From an uncultured Desulfatitalea sp. (GTDB lineage Bacteria > Desulfobacterota > Desulfobacteria > Desulfobacterales > Desulfosarcinaceae), in NCBI GenBank assembly GCA_963668675.2, contig CAXXMB010000002.1, positions 288,001 through 352,000 on the forward strand: a DNA stretch of 64,000 nt, given 5' to 3'. A program made the position numbers and the translations under genes. This document shows positions 53,848 to 64,000 of this stretch, in pieces. The notes under the pieces were generated by a model that had not been told where the DNA came from, searched no databases, and saw only the letters and a list, made by a program, of their open reading frames with translations. Position 1 is the first letter of the stretch. Every line of letters starts with the position of its first letter.

Positions 53848-54116
53848 CAGCCCCCCCTTGAAGAGGGTGAATGCCCTTCTGGCCTTCATGGTGAGTCACC
53901 ACCCAAGCCGCCACGTTGCGAATTTACCGTTTTTCCCGGGGATGCCTTTACGGCCAACCATGAAATTGGCTTGATCCGATCTGCATCTTTGTATACGCTG
54001 TCTTTTATCCACATTGAGGCTCAAGCTAATCTCACCGGCGATGTACGGCTTACTACTCTTCACGCGGCCAGCCACAGAACCTCTCAAATTAACCCCTCTT
54101 TTGACAAGGAGATCCT

Positions 54117-56591
54117 ATGAGTACCAAAAAGGAGGCTGCCCCGGCCACACCCCCCCCCGATGTCAGCACCTTCGATACGCTTAAAACAAACGTTCTGCAC
54201 CACATCTGCTACACCCTGGGCAACGACCCCTCCAAGCCCAGCAGATACGCCGCTTTCATGGGGTTGGCCTACAGCGTGCGCGACCGGCTGATCGAAAACT
54301 GGATCAAGACCCAGCGGGCGCTCTACGATACGCTGGCCAAACGGGTCTATTTTCTCTCCCTGGAGTTTCTGCCCGGCCGCTTTTTGAAAAACTATCTGAT
54401 CAGCCTGCGCATGGAAGAGGAGGCCCGCCAAACCATGGCGGAGCTGGGGTTCGACCTGGACGAACTGGAAGAGGAGGAGTGGGACGCCGGGCTGGGCAAT
54501 GGCGGTCTGGGGCGGTTGGCCTCTTGCTACATGGACTCGATAGCCAGTCTCGACCTGCCGGGCTACGGATATGGCATCCGCTACGACTACGGCATCTTCC
54601 ACCAGGTGATCGACAACGGCTACCAGCGAGAACAGGCCGACAACTGGCGGCGGCAGGGCACCCCCTGGGAGATCCAGCGCCGTAACTACCTGCTCCCGGT
54701 TCGCTTCTTCGGCCGCACTGAGACCTATCGGGATGAAGAGGGCCGCCAGCGCTACCGCTGGGTGGATGGTGAGGTGGTCATGGCCAAAGCCTGCGACATC
54801 CTGGTGCCTGGCTACGGTGACGACCATGTGACCAACATGCGGTTGTGGGCTGCCCAGTCGAGCCGTGAATTCAATCTGGATAATTTCAACCAGGGCGACT
54901 ATATCGGTGCCGTTCAATCCAAGGTGTTGAGTGAAAACATCTCCAAAGTGCTCTACCCCAGCGATGAGGCCGAACTGGGCAAGGAGCTTCGGTTGAAGCA
55001 GCAGTACTTCTTCGTGGCCGCCACCCTGAATGATATCCTGCGGCGCTACCGGAAGATGAACCGGTCGTTTGCCGAGCTGCCCAATTTCGTCGCCATCCAG
55101 CTCAACGACACCCACCCCTCGATCGCCGTCCCCGAACTGATGCGTCTGCTCATGGACGAAGAGGGAATAGGCTGGGACGACGCCTGGGCGATCTGCGAGC
55201 AGACCTTCGCCTATACCAACCACACGGTACTTCCCGAAGCCCTGGAAACCTGGCCGGTGGATCTCATCGGCCGGTTGCTGCCACGCCACCTGCAAATCAT
55301 CTTCGAGATCAACCATCGCTTCCTAAAGTTGGTAAGCAGCCGCTATCCGGGAGACGACGGGCTGATTGGCAGGGTCTCGATCATCGGTGAAGGGGCCGTT
55401 CGCCACGTACGCATGGCCCATCTGGCCATCGTCGGCAGCCATACGGTCAACGGTGTGGCCGCTTTGCACAGTGACATATTGAAACGGGAGCTGTTCCGGG
55501 ATTTCGACGCGCTATACCCCCGGCGTCTGCGCAACGTCACCAACGGCATCACCCCCCGCCGCTGGCTGGCCCAATCCAATCCCGAGCTCTCCGAAGTGAT
55601 TACGTCGGCCATCGGGCCGGACTGGATCTGCGACCTGGACCGGCTACAGCAGTTGGTCCCGCTGGCCGAGGAGGCCGACTTTCGCAAACGCTGGATGGCC
55701 ACCAAACGAATCAACAAAACACGCCTTGCACGATACATTCTGCGAAAAGTAAAGCTGGGTGTCGACCCCGACACCATGTTCGACGTGCAGGTCAAACGGA
55801 TGCATGAATACAAGCGCCAACTGCTCAACGTGCTCCATGTGGTCACCCTCTACAACCGCATCAAAGCCGCGCCCCAGGACGATATGGTGCCGCGGACCGT
55901 CATCTTCGCCGGCAAGGCCGCGCCTGCCTATTACCAGGCCAAACTGATCATAAAGCTGATCAACTCCGTGGCCAACGTGGTCAACAGTGATCCGGACGTT
56001 CGCGGCCGCCTCAGGGTTCTCTTCCTGCCCAACTACTGCGTCTCACAGGCGGAAAAGATCATTCCGGCGGCCGACCTCTCCGAGCAGATCTCCACCGCCG
56101 GCCTGGAGGCCTCGGGCACGGGCAACATGAAGATGTCGCTCAACGGCGCCCTGACCATCGGCACCCTGGACGGGGCCAACGTCGAAATCATGGAAGCGGT
56201 GGGCAGTGAAAACATCTTCATTTTCGGCCTCACCGCCGAACAGGTTCTGGAGAGACGCCAAAGTGGGTACAATCCCAACGACCATATCTCCAAGGATGCC
56301 GAATTGAGTGCGGCGCTGGAGATGATCGCCTCGGGTGCCTTCTCCCCGCATGATCCGTCACTGTTTGCTCCCATTATCCACAGCCTGAGGGAAGAGGGAG
56401 ACTACTACCTGCTGCTGGCCGACTACCGTCCTTATGTGGACGCCCAGGAGGAGGTGAGCCGCCTGTTTGCCGATCCCGACGAGTGGGCCCGCAAATCGAT
56501 CCTCAATACGGCCCTGATGGGAAGATTTTCAAGCGATCGTGCCGTGATGGAGTACGCCAACCACATTTGGCACATTCAGCCCCTCGAATAA
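54117..56591 (+). CDS. glgP: Glycogen/alpha-glucan phosphorylase
   Basis: GLGNGGLGRLASC, QLNDTHP, KRMHEYKRQ, EASGTGNMK (PLP Lys). Confidence 0.97.
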   Translation: MSTKKEAAPATPPPDVSTFDTLKTNVLHHICYTLGNDPSKPSRYAAFMGLAYSVRDRLIENWIKTQRALYDTLAKRVYFLSLEFLPGRFLKNYLISLRMEEEARQTMAELGFDLDELEEEEWDAGLGNGGLGRLASCYMDSIASLDLPGYGYGIRYDYGIFHQVIDNGYQREQADNWRRQGTPWEIQRRNYLLPVRFFGRTETYRDEEGRQRYRWVDGEVVMAKACDILVPGYGDDHVTNMRLWAAQSSREFNLDNFNQGDYIGAVQSKVLSENISKVLYPSDEAELGKELRLKQQYFFVAATLNDILRRYRKMNRSFAELPNFVAIQLNDTHPSIAVPELMRLLMDEEGIGWDDAWAICEQTFAYTNHTVLPEALETWPVDLIGRLLPRHLQIIFEINHRFLKLVSSRYPGDDGLIGRVSIIGEGAVRHVRMAHLAIVGSHTVNGVAALHSDILKRELFRDFDALYPRRLRNVTNGITPRRWLAQSNPELSEVITSAIGPDWICDLDRLQQLVPLAEEADFRKRWMATKRINKTRLARYILRKVKLGVDPDTMFDVQVKRMHEYKRQLLNVLHVVTLYNRIKAAPQDDMVPRTVIFAGKAAPAYYQAKLIIKLINSVANVVNSDPDVRGRLRVLFLPNYCVSQAEKIIPAADLSEQISTAGLEASGTGNMKMSLNGALTIGTLDGANVEIMEAVGSENIFIFGLTAEQVLERRQSGYNPNDHISKDAELSAALEMIASGAFSPHDPSLFAPIIHSLREEGDYYLLLADYRPYVDAQEEVSRLFADPDEWARKSILNTALMGRFSSDRAVMEYANHIWHIQPLE

Positions 56592-56622
56592 ACCGTAGGT
56601 GACCAGGAGAAAGGAATTGGCC

Positions 56623-57903
56623 ATGCCGGAGCAAAATGCTGAGCAGAGTGAAGCCGGCTCGATATCGATCATTCGTCTGCCTGTTTTCGACAACAAACGC
56701 CGACTCTGGGGGTATGTGCTGCACTGCGTCGGGGATGTGGCCCGGCAGTCAGGTGGTGATCTGTCCGGCCAGGTGAGTGTGGCGGTCAATGTGGCCGCCA
56801 GCGCCTATATCGGTCTGCAGAAAATTATCGGCCGAGACCACAAGCTGCTGGTGGATGTCACCGAAAAGAATCTACTGGACAATCTCCCCTATGCCCTGCC
56901 GCCCGAACGGACCGCCATCCAGGTCACCGAGACGATCTACAGGCACCCGTCTGTACCCAAAGCCCTGGAGGGGTTGAAAGGGGATGGCTACCTGCTGGCG
57001 GTGGCCGACTTCAGCGCCCGGCCAGAGTGCGAAGCGCTTTACACATCGGCCGATATCATCAGCTTCAGTGTAAAGGGAAAATCAAGAGATGAACTGAAGG
57101 CGGCCCGGGATGCCGCCGGCAACTACCAGGCAACCCTGCTGGCCGTCGAGGTGGACGATCCCAAGCGCTTCCATCTGCTCAAAGAGATCGGATTTGAGCT
57201 TTTCCAGGGGGCTTTTTATAAAACCCCTGAGTCGATCAGTGTTCGCCAGCTGTCATCCAATGAAATGTCACGTTTCAACCTGATGAGCATCATCCACCAA
57301 GAAGAGGTCGATATCGACCAACTGGCCGAGACCATTCAGGCCGATGCCTCCTTAAGTTTTCGACTGCTGGCATATCTCAATTCGGCTGCTTTCGGCTTTC
57401 GGCAGAAAATCAAATCGATCCAACAGGCCATTGCACTTCTGGGGTGGCGCAAACTGAAGATATGGCTGCGTGTCATACTGCTCAGCGATGTCAACCAGAG
57501 CGAGGACGCGTCAGAGCTGATGCTCCTGGCCGCCGAACGCGGAAAGTTCCTGGAGCTGATCGGCCAGGCCTATGACTATTGGGGTTTCGATCCGGAGAGC
57601 CTACACATGCTCGGCATCTTCTCCCTCCTGGACGCGATGCTGGGCATGCCCATGGCTGAAATCACCAGCTACCTGCCGCTCGATGAGAAACTCAAGTCCG
57701 CTTTGTGCCGCGACCCCAACAATGAGTACCTGCCGTTGCTCGACCTGGCGCAGCAATTGGAGGAACACCATTGGATAGCAGCAGAACAAACGATCCAGGA
57801 GCTGAACATGGACAGCGGCGTTGTGAAACAGGCCTTACAGCAAGCCGTCGATTGGGCCGATGAACTCCATAACCTGCACAGCGATATCGCTGACAACGGC
57901 TGA
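56623..57903 (+). CDS. Degenerate EAL plus HDOD domain protein (YuxH-like)
   Basis: PVFD...WGYVL, LFQGAFY, DASLSFRLLAYLNSAAFG...SIQQAIALLG. Confidence 0.85.
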   Translation: MPEQNAEQSEAGSISIIRLPVFDNKRRLWGYVLHCVGDVARQSGGDLSGQVSVAVNVAASAYIGLQKIIGRDHKLLVDVTEKNLLDNLPYALPPERTAIQVTETIYRHPSVPKALEGLKGDGYLLAVADFSARPECEALYTSADIISFSVKGKSRDELKAARDAAGNYQATLLAVEVDDPKRFHLLKEIGFELFQGAFYKTPESISVRQLSSNEMSRFNLMSIIHQEEVDIDQLAETIQADASLSFRLLAYLNSAAFGFRQKIKSIQQAIALLGWRKLKIWLRVILLSDVNQSEDASELMLLAAERGKFLELIGQAYDYWGFDPESLHMLGIFSLLDAMLGMPMAEITSYLPLDEKLKSALCRDPNNEYLPLLDLAQQLEEHHWIAAEQTIQELNMDSGVVKQALQQAVDWADELHNLHSDIADNG

Positions 57904-57923
57904 CCTTTCATAGTGCGCTGTAC

Positions 57924-58265
57924 TCACGGATCTAAATCAGGAATGAGGATGAGAAGTAATCCGCCATCAAAATCATCACGCAAGACCACAACCGACGTAG
58001 TCGAGAAGCTAACCCCTTTGGCTCCGAATCCCTCCTTGCTCAAATGAGTGGCGAACCCCACCGCAACAATACCCATCATGCCTATAAGGAGCATGATGGT
58101 CTCGAAATCGATATGGCTGGCTGCGGCATGCTCGTCGATAACGCCCAGGATCAAAAGGGTCATGACGCCTAATACGGCGGCCGTGGCTTTGTGCAGCCAT
58201 TCAAAAGAGATGGCTACATAGACCGCTGCGAAAACCACCACCGGAATCAAAGCCTCAGTTTCCAT
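57924..58265 (-). pseudogene. Truncated ArsB/NhaD/CitMHS-family transporter (N-terminal fragment)
   Basis: YVAISFEWLHK...IDFETIMLLIGMMGIV followed by unrelated sequence and a stop; family members are usually about 400 aa. Confidence 0.65.
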
Positions 58266-58528
58266 GCCCTATTTTCACCCCATGCTGTGTTCGGCCATCA
58301 AATAAAACTGGGCCTATCTGCCAAAACAAGGTAGATGGACATAGGCAGTATCAGATCGTGTTTGAAACCCCAGAGACCACAGTGCGCCCAGAGGGATGTT
58401 ACCCTTAAACTTCTCTTTTCTCTGTGCGCTCAGTGGTAAAATATCCGTTATTCGATGCCCTTTGTTTGGTAGATAGACCCGAATAATATTTAGCATAAAT
58501 CAATATGATGTTCCCGTCGGCGGGATTC

Positions 58529-58566
58529 AAAAAATCGGCGCCGTCTCCGCCAGGGGGAACGGCGCC
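58529..58566 (-). terminator. Intrinsic terminator after the small exported protein
   Basis: GGCGCCGT...ACGGCGCC stem preceded by an A-run on the plus strand. Confidence 0.55.
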
Positions 58567-58590
58567 AGCGCACCATAAATTGATGGGCGC

Positions 58591-58875
58591 TTATTCCTTA
58601 ACCTCTTCGACAGTGGTGATCATAATACTCTTAACGCCGGCATCCTCTTCAAGTGTGCCGGTTACCTGTACCGATTTGCCAACCATGGCCGACAGGTCAT
58701 GTCCCTTGACCATAAAGCTTTCACCATTATCGGCCGAAATAATGATGCTGCCCGCATCGTTCTGCTCGACGGTACCAGTGATGGTCTCTTCAGCAGCCAT
58801 GACACCCGTCACACACAGCAGCCCCATGATGGTCACCGTTGCCAACACTTTTATTAAAGTCTTTTTTCCCCTCAT
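58591..58875 (-). CDS. Small exported OB-fold-like protein
   Basis: RBS AAAGGAGG, signal peptide ending VMA, TITGTV...VGKSVQVTGTL. Confidence 0.75.
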   Translation of the reverse strand: MRGKKTLIKVLATVTIMGLLCVTGVMAAEETITGTVEQNDAGSIIISADNGESFMVKGHDLSAMVGKSVQVTGTLEEDAGVKSIMITTVEEVKE

Positions 58876-59235
58876 TTCAATCCCTCCTTTTAGTTGTGCG
58901 TTATCCGCCCCAGCCGTGGACGTTCTCATAACGCCGACGGCCTCCCATGCGCAGATATGCATGAAATTGGATGATGCTTTTAGAATCCATTTCTTGTTCG
59001 TAGGGTTTTGGGGGTCAGGAGGAAGCTGGAAACAACAGTTCAGCATTCAATCTAAGTGGAATGCCAGGGGGAGATGCCCTTCAATTCAGTTTTTATAGTC
59101 GATTTGAATGGACATATGCAACATATAATTGTGACCAATTCGATAAGAATGGGTACTTTTCTGTATCGGGTGCCGGCGATTCTGTCTCGGCATCCCCCGC
59201 CGTGAACGAGGGAATGCCGAGAACGGATCCAGTGC

Positions 59236-59664
59236 CTACTCGATGCCCACCACTTCAATCTCGAATGTCAGGCTCTCACCGGCTAATGGATGGTTCAAAT
59301 CCAAGGTGATGTTTTCATTGTCCAGTTGAGCGACCTTGGCCGGAATCTGCTGTCCTTCGGGCGTGCTCAGCGCGAGCATCTGCCCCTCCTCCACCTGCAG
59401 ATCCGGTGGCAGCTCCTTGCGGGGAAAACGGCGCATGGCCTCCTCGTCGCGCTCTCCGTATGCCTCTTCCGGCTGGAGGGTGAACGTCTTCTTCTCATTG
59501 AGGCCCATGCCCATGAGAGCATTTTCGAACCCGCTGATCAGTTGACCCTGCCCGATGGTCACCTGAAGCGGATCGCGCCCCTCGCTGGAGTCAAACACCT
59601 CACCATTGGTTAACGTCCCTGTGTAGTGGACCTGGATCGCGTTTCCAGTATCGACAGTTTTCAC
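59236..59664 (-). CDS. slyD: FKBP-type peptidyl-prolyl isomerase (SlyD-like, no His tail)
   Basis: VHYTGTL.NGEVFDSS, PEEAYG, DLNHPLAG. Confidence 0.92.
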   Translation of the reverse strand: MKTVDTGNAIQVHYTGTLTNGEVFDSSEGRDPLQVTIGQGQLISGFENALMGMGLNEKKTFTLQPEEAYGERDEEAMRRFPRKELPPDLQVEEGQMLALSTPEGQQIPAKVAQLDNENITLDLNHPLAGESLTFEIEVVGIE

Positions 59665-60024
59665 GAAAAACTCCTTGCATTAAATAATATCCCGGCTTCC
59701 AACGCCGCCCTGTGGTGCAAAACACACACAGCGCAGGAGCGGCCGGATGAAAAAGGAAATGCAAGCAGGATTGGTGTGACGTATAGAGGCGTTCCCGCTC
59801 GCGCCGAACACAAGCGATAATAGGTCGGCATCAAAGGCAGCGGGTAACTGCGCGGGTCGAGATTAAGAGGCCAATTTATCGCATCCGATTTTCAGGAAGC
59901 TATGCCAGCCCCAGCCCGGAGTCAACCCCCCGGGGGGGTGTTTGTTGAGTTGGTTGGGTCTCTTCGGCTTGGATAGGCGACATCCGCAACTCAATAAACT
60001 CAGTAAACCATATAGCCCAACAAA

Positions 60025-61428
60025 CTAAAAATAGCTGCTGCCGTCCCAACAATGGGTGCAGAGGCGCTCTTTTGGCAGGCCGATGGCGCTGACCAGGTCT
60101 TCGACACACTGATATTTCAACGTGGTCAACCGCAGCCGCTTTCGAATCTGTTCGGTCATCTCCATGTTCTTCGGAGAGCCGGACCGGGCATATTCGTTCA
60201 AATCCGTGTCGCCATCACCCTCCAGATGTTTGATCACCTTCCGTCCCGCCAGATCCAGAGTCGAACGGGAGGTAGAAAAATTGAGGAACTCACAGGGAAA
60301 AATCAATGTCGGGCAGGCCGGCCGCATATGCACCTCCAGGGCCCCGTAATCGAAAAGGATCTGAACGTTCTCCTTGAGCTGGGTGCCGCGCACGATCGAG
60401 TCTTCACAAAACATCAGGCGCTGGCCCTCAATGAGGCGCCTTACCGGAATCAACTTCATCCTGGCCACAAGATCGCGCATCTCCTGATTTTGGGGCATGA
60501 AGCTGCGCGGCCAGGTCGGCGTATACTTTACAAACGGCCGTTGATAGGGAATCTTTCTGTGGTTCGCGTAGCCGAGGGCATGGCCGATCCCCGAATCCGG
60601 TATGCCGGCCACGACATCCACTTCGATCTCATCATTGCGGGCCAGGGCCGCACCGCAATTGTAGCGGACGTGTTCCACGTTGATCTCTTCATACTCCGAA
60701 GCCGGGTATCCATAGTAGACCCATAAAAAAGAGCAGACCTGCATTCGGTCTCCCGGGGGCACCAGCTGTTCCCATCCATCGGCGTTCAAAAGGAGCACCT
60801 CGCCCGGGCCTATAAAATGGTCGACTTCGAAACCGAGGTTGGGCAATGCGCACGTTTCACAGGTAACCGCCAAGGCGCCCTTACGACGACCAACCACCAG
60901 TGCCGTGCGCCCCAGGCGGTCTCGGGCGGCGTACACCCCCTTTTTGGTTAACAGAAGCATCGAGCAAGAGCCTTTAATGGCCTCCTGGGCGCTGCGTATG
61001 CCGGCCTCGAAGCTATCCTCCTGACAGATCAGCATGGCCACGACCTCTGTGGGGTTCGGCGTCCCGTCGGTGGTATCGGAGAAATAGCTCTTGCCCTGGA
61101 AGGCCCTATTGACCAACTCGTCCATATTCGTTATGCGTCCGACGGTCACGATGCCGAAAGCCCCCAGATGAGATCCGATGATCAAGGGTTGGGGATCGGT
61201 GTCGCTGATGACGCCAATCCCCTGTCTACCATGGAACATCGGCAACTCGGACTCGAACTTCGTTCGGAAATAGCTGTTTTCGATATTGTGAATGGCGCGG
61301 TGGATGCCGCCTGAATTGCAGACCGCCATTCCGCCGCGTTTCGTGCCCAGATGTGAGTGGTAATCGGTTCCGTAAAAGAGATCAGATACACAGTCAGAAT
61401 CGGATACAACGCCAAACAATCCACCCAT
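60025..61428 (-). CDS. purF: Amidophosphoribosyltransferase-like protein, N-terminal Cys absent
   Basis: ARDRLG, IPDSG, EDSIVRGT PRPP loop, Fe-S Cys pattern LCTHCW; N-terminus reads MGGLFG. Confidence 0.88.
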   Translation of the reverse strand: MGGLFGVVSDSDCVSDLFYGTDYHSHLGTKRGGMAVCNSGGIHRAIHNIENSYFRTKFESELPMFHGRQGIGVISDTDPQPLIIGSHLGAFGIVTVGRITNMDELVNRAFQGKSYFSDTTDGTPNPTEVVAMLICQEDSFEAGIRSAQEAIKGSCSMLLLTKKGVYAARDRLGRTALVVGRRKGALAVTCETCALPNLGFEVDHFIGPGEVLLLNADGWEQLVPPGDRMQVCSFLWVYYGYPASEYEEINVEHVRYNCGAALARNDEIEVDVVAGIPDSGIGHALGYANHRKIPYQRPFVKYTPTWPRSFMPQNQEMRDLVARMKLIPVRRLIEGQRLMFCEDSIVRGTQLKENVQILFDYGALEVHMRPACPTLIFPCEFLNFSTSRSTLDLAGRKVIKHLEGDGDTDLNEYARSGSPKNMEMTEQIRKRLRLTTLKYQCVEDLVSAIGLPKERLCTHCWDGSSYF

Positions 61429-61468
61429 TTTCCATTTCCCCTGTCGGTTTCGTTATTGTATTTGTTAT

Positions 61469-64000
61469 CTATCCAATTTGCGCATGATAGCTCTGAAGCG
61501 AACGTACCTCCGGGCTCCCTTCCCTGCGCGCCGCTATCCCCCGTGCGGCGGCGATGGCGGCTGCAGTAGTGGAGATATAGGGAATCTTGTACTTGATGGC
61601 CGCCTTGCGGATGTTGGAGCTGTCTGCAGAACCCTTTTTCCCTGAAGGCGTGTTGACCAGCAATTGAATGTGCCCGCTTTTGATGGCATCCACCAGGTTA
61701 GGACGCCCCAGATCCAGCTTGGATATCGGTTGGGTTTCGATACCCTTCTCCGCAAGAAAACGATGGGTACCTTCGGTGGCCATGATGGTGAACCCCAGCT
61801 CCCTGAATCTACGCACCGGTTCAATGGCGGCCGACTTGTCCCGATCGGCGATGGTGAACAGAACGGTCCCTTCCAACGGCAGTACCGACTGGGTGGCTTC
61901 CTGCGCTTTAAAAAAAGCACCGCCAAAGGTATTCGCCATCCCAAGGACCTCTCCGGTGGATCGCATTTCAGGCCCCAGGATCGGATCGACCTCAGGGAAC
62001 ATATTGAACGGGAAGACCGCCTCTTTGAGTCCGAAATAGGGAATCCGGCGCTCGCTTAGATCGAGATCGGCGACTCGCTTGCCCAAAACCACCTGGGTGG
62101 CCAGGCGCGCCATGGAGAGCCCGCACACCTTGGAAACGATCGGTACGGTTCGCGATGCGCGTGGGTTGGCTTCGAGCACATATACGGTGTCCTCGTGGAT
62201 GGCATACTGAATATTCATCAAGCCGACCACCTTCAGCTCGATGGCGATTCGGCGGGTGTGCTCGCGAATGGTATCCAGATGTTTGGGCGCCAGACTGATC
62301 GGCGGGATGACGCAGGCCGAGTCGCCCGAATGGATCCCGGCCAGCTCGATATGCTCCATCACCGCCGGCACGAAGGCATCAGTGCCGTCGGCGATGGCAT
62401 CGGCTTCGGCCTCAATAGCGTTGTCCAGGAACTTATCGATCAGTACCGGCTGCTCGGGCGTCACCTCCTCCACGGCTACGCTCAGATAGCGTTTGAGCAT
62501 CTGATCGTCATGCACAATCTCCATTCCCCGGCCACCGAGCACATAGGAGGGACGAACCATCAGCGGGTAACCGATACGGGCCGCAATCTCCAAGGCCTCG
62601 TCATAACTGACCGCCATCCCCGAGTCGGGCATGGGAATGCCCAATCGGTGCATGATCCGGCCAAAGCGCGCCCGGTCCTCGGCCAAGTCGATGGTCTCGG
62701 GTGACGTGCCCAAAATGGCGGCCCCGGCCTCGGCCAGCTCCCGGGCGATGTTCAGTGGCGTCTGCCCGCCAAACTGAACAATGACCCCTTCGGGCCTCTC
62801 CTTCTCATAGATGCTCAGCACATCCTCGACCGTGAGCGGCTCGAAGTAGAGCTTGTCCGACGTGTCGTAGTCGGTAGAGACGGTCTCCGGATTGCAGTTG
62901 ACCATGATCGATTCAAATCCGGCTTCACGGATGGCCGTGGCGGCATGCACGCAGCAATAATCAAATTCGATCCCCTGGCCAATGCGGTTGGGACCGCCGC
63001 CCAGCACCATGATCTTCTTGCGGTCGCTCACCGTCACCTGGTCGGCGGCGTTGTAAGTCGAAAAATAGTAGGCGGCACTCTCCACGCCACTGACCGGCAC
63101 CGGTTCCCATGCCTGGGAAAGACCCATGGAGCGTCGTTGATCGCGAATTTCCTGCTCGGAAACGCCCAACAGGCCGGCCAGATACCGATCGGCAAAGCCG
63201 TCTCTCTTGGCCCTGGCCAATAGATCGCCAGGCAGCTCCCTACCCTTGCATGCGAGGATCTCCTCCTCCAGATCGACCAGCGCCTTCATCTGCCGGATAA
63301 ACCAGGGCTTGATATGCGTCAATGCATACAACTCATCGATGTCGGCGCCTTTGCGTAGCGCTTCGTACATGAGAAATTGACGCTCGCTGGTGGCCGTCTT
63401 CAGCCGGGCCATCAGTTTATCTATAGGAAGATCATTAAAGTCCTTTGCAAACCCCAATCCATATCGATTGATTTCCAAACTGCGGATCGCCTTTTGAAAC
63501 GCCTCCTTATAGGTCTTTCCGATGCTCATCACCTCGCCCACGGCCCGCATCTGGGTGCCCAGCTGGTCCTGGATGCCCGCAAACTTTTCGAAGGCCCAGC
63601 GAGCGAACTTGACCACCACGTAATCGCCTGAGGGGGTGTACTTCTCCAGGGTCCCGTCCCGCCAGTAGGGGATCTCGTCCATGGTCAGTCCGCCGGCCAG
63701 CAAAGACGAGACCCGCGCGATGGGAAAACCGGTCGCTTTTGAAGCCAGGGCAGATGAGCGAGAGGTCCGCGGATTGATTTCGATGACCACGACCCGACCG
63801 GTGTCCGGATCGTGGGCGAATTGGATATTGGTCCCGCCGATCACCTCAATGGCCTCTACGATGGCGTATGAGTATTCCTGAAGTTTTTTCTGCAGGGCGG
63901 GTTGAATGGTAAGCATGGGAGCGGTGCAGTAGCTGTCACCCGTATGCACCCCCATGGCGTCGACATTTTCGATGAAGCAGACGGTGATCATCTGGTTCTT
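61469..64000 (-). CDS. carB: Carbamoyl-phosphate synthase large subunit (5' end outside the window)
   Basis: GVHTGDS, EINPRTSRSSALASKATG, GPNRIGQGIEFDY, NCNPETVSTDYD, MGS domain. Confidence 0.98.
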   Translation of the reverse strand, partial: KNQMITVCFIENVDAMGVHTGDSYCTAPMLTIQPALQKKLQEYSYAIVEAIEVIGGTNIQFAHDPDTGRVVVIEINPRTSRSSALASKATGFPIARVSSLLAGGLTMDEIPYWRDGTLEKYTPSGDYVVVKFARWAFEKFAGIQDQLGTQMRAVGEVMSIGKTYKEAFQKAIRSLEINRYGLGFAKDFNDLPIDKLMARLKTATSERQFLMYEALRKGADIDELYALTHIKPWFIRQMKALVDLEEEILACKGRELPGDLLARAKRDGFADRYLAGLLGVSEQEIRDQRRSMGLSQAWEPVPVSGVESAAYYFSTYNAADQVTVSDRKKIMVLGGGPNRIGQGIEFDYCCVHAATAIREAGFESIMVNCNPETVSTDYDTSDKLYFEPLTVEDVLSIYEKERPEGVIVQFGGQTPLNIARELAEAGAAILGTSPETIDLAEDRARFGRIMHRLGIPMPDSGMAVSYDEALEIAARIGYPLMVRPSYVLGGRGMEIVHDDQMLKRYLSVAVEEVTPEQPVLIDKFLDNAIEAEADAIADGTDAFVPAVMEHIELAGIHSGDSACVIPPISLAPKHLDTIREHTRRIAIELKVVGLMNIQYAIHEDTVYVLEANPRASRTVPIVSKVCGLSMARLATQVVLGKRVADLDLSERRIPYFGLKEAVFPFNMFPEVDPILGPEMRSTGEVLGMANTFGGAFFKAQEATQSVLPLEGTVLFTIADRDKSAAIEPVRRFRELGFTIMATEGTHRFLAEKGIETQPISKLDLGRPNLVDAIKSGHIQLLVNTPSGKKGSADSSNIRKAAIKYKIPYISTTAAAIAAARGIAARREGSPEVRSLQSYHAQIG

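Noticed and set aside
59051..59066. Sigma54-like TGGCATTCCACTTAGA upstream of the small exported protein
   Set aside because: Lacks the -12 GC dinucleotide

Overview
GC-rich bacterial chromosome segment whose gene content (HdrA/MvhD, many PAS kinases, a sigma54 activator) suggests a sulfate-reducing Desulfobacterota member; the taxonomy is inference. Most of the window is housekeeping: murJ, rpsT, lptE, leuS, rne/rng, yajC-secD-secF, dprA-topA, hpt, cbpA-like, fetAB, mnmG, uraA-upp, glgP, slyD, purF-like and carB. The most interesting part is an ~11 kb minus-strand cluster (34.2 to 22.9 kb) driven by a predicted sigma54 promoter, with a divergent Cys-rich PAS activator. It encodes a Cys-less TusA-like protein, an active-site-altered MetF paralog, a tandem double-HdrA, MvhD, MetV, canonical MetF, a stand-alone response regulator, two ACT-like proteins and two histidine kinases. 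It looks like an HdrBC-less flavin-bifurcating MTHFR module with its own sensing cascade. Other observations: a decayed integrative islet at tRNA-Met; two MITE-like elements sharing one palindromic core but with different terminal repeats, one inserted in frame in a GGDEF relic; GTAG-REPs flanking uraA; tandem NrdR-like boxes over the upp-uraA promoter; and a PurF lacking its N-terminal catalytic Cys directly downstream of carB. All calls come from reading the sequence; no database searches were run.
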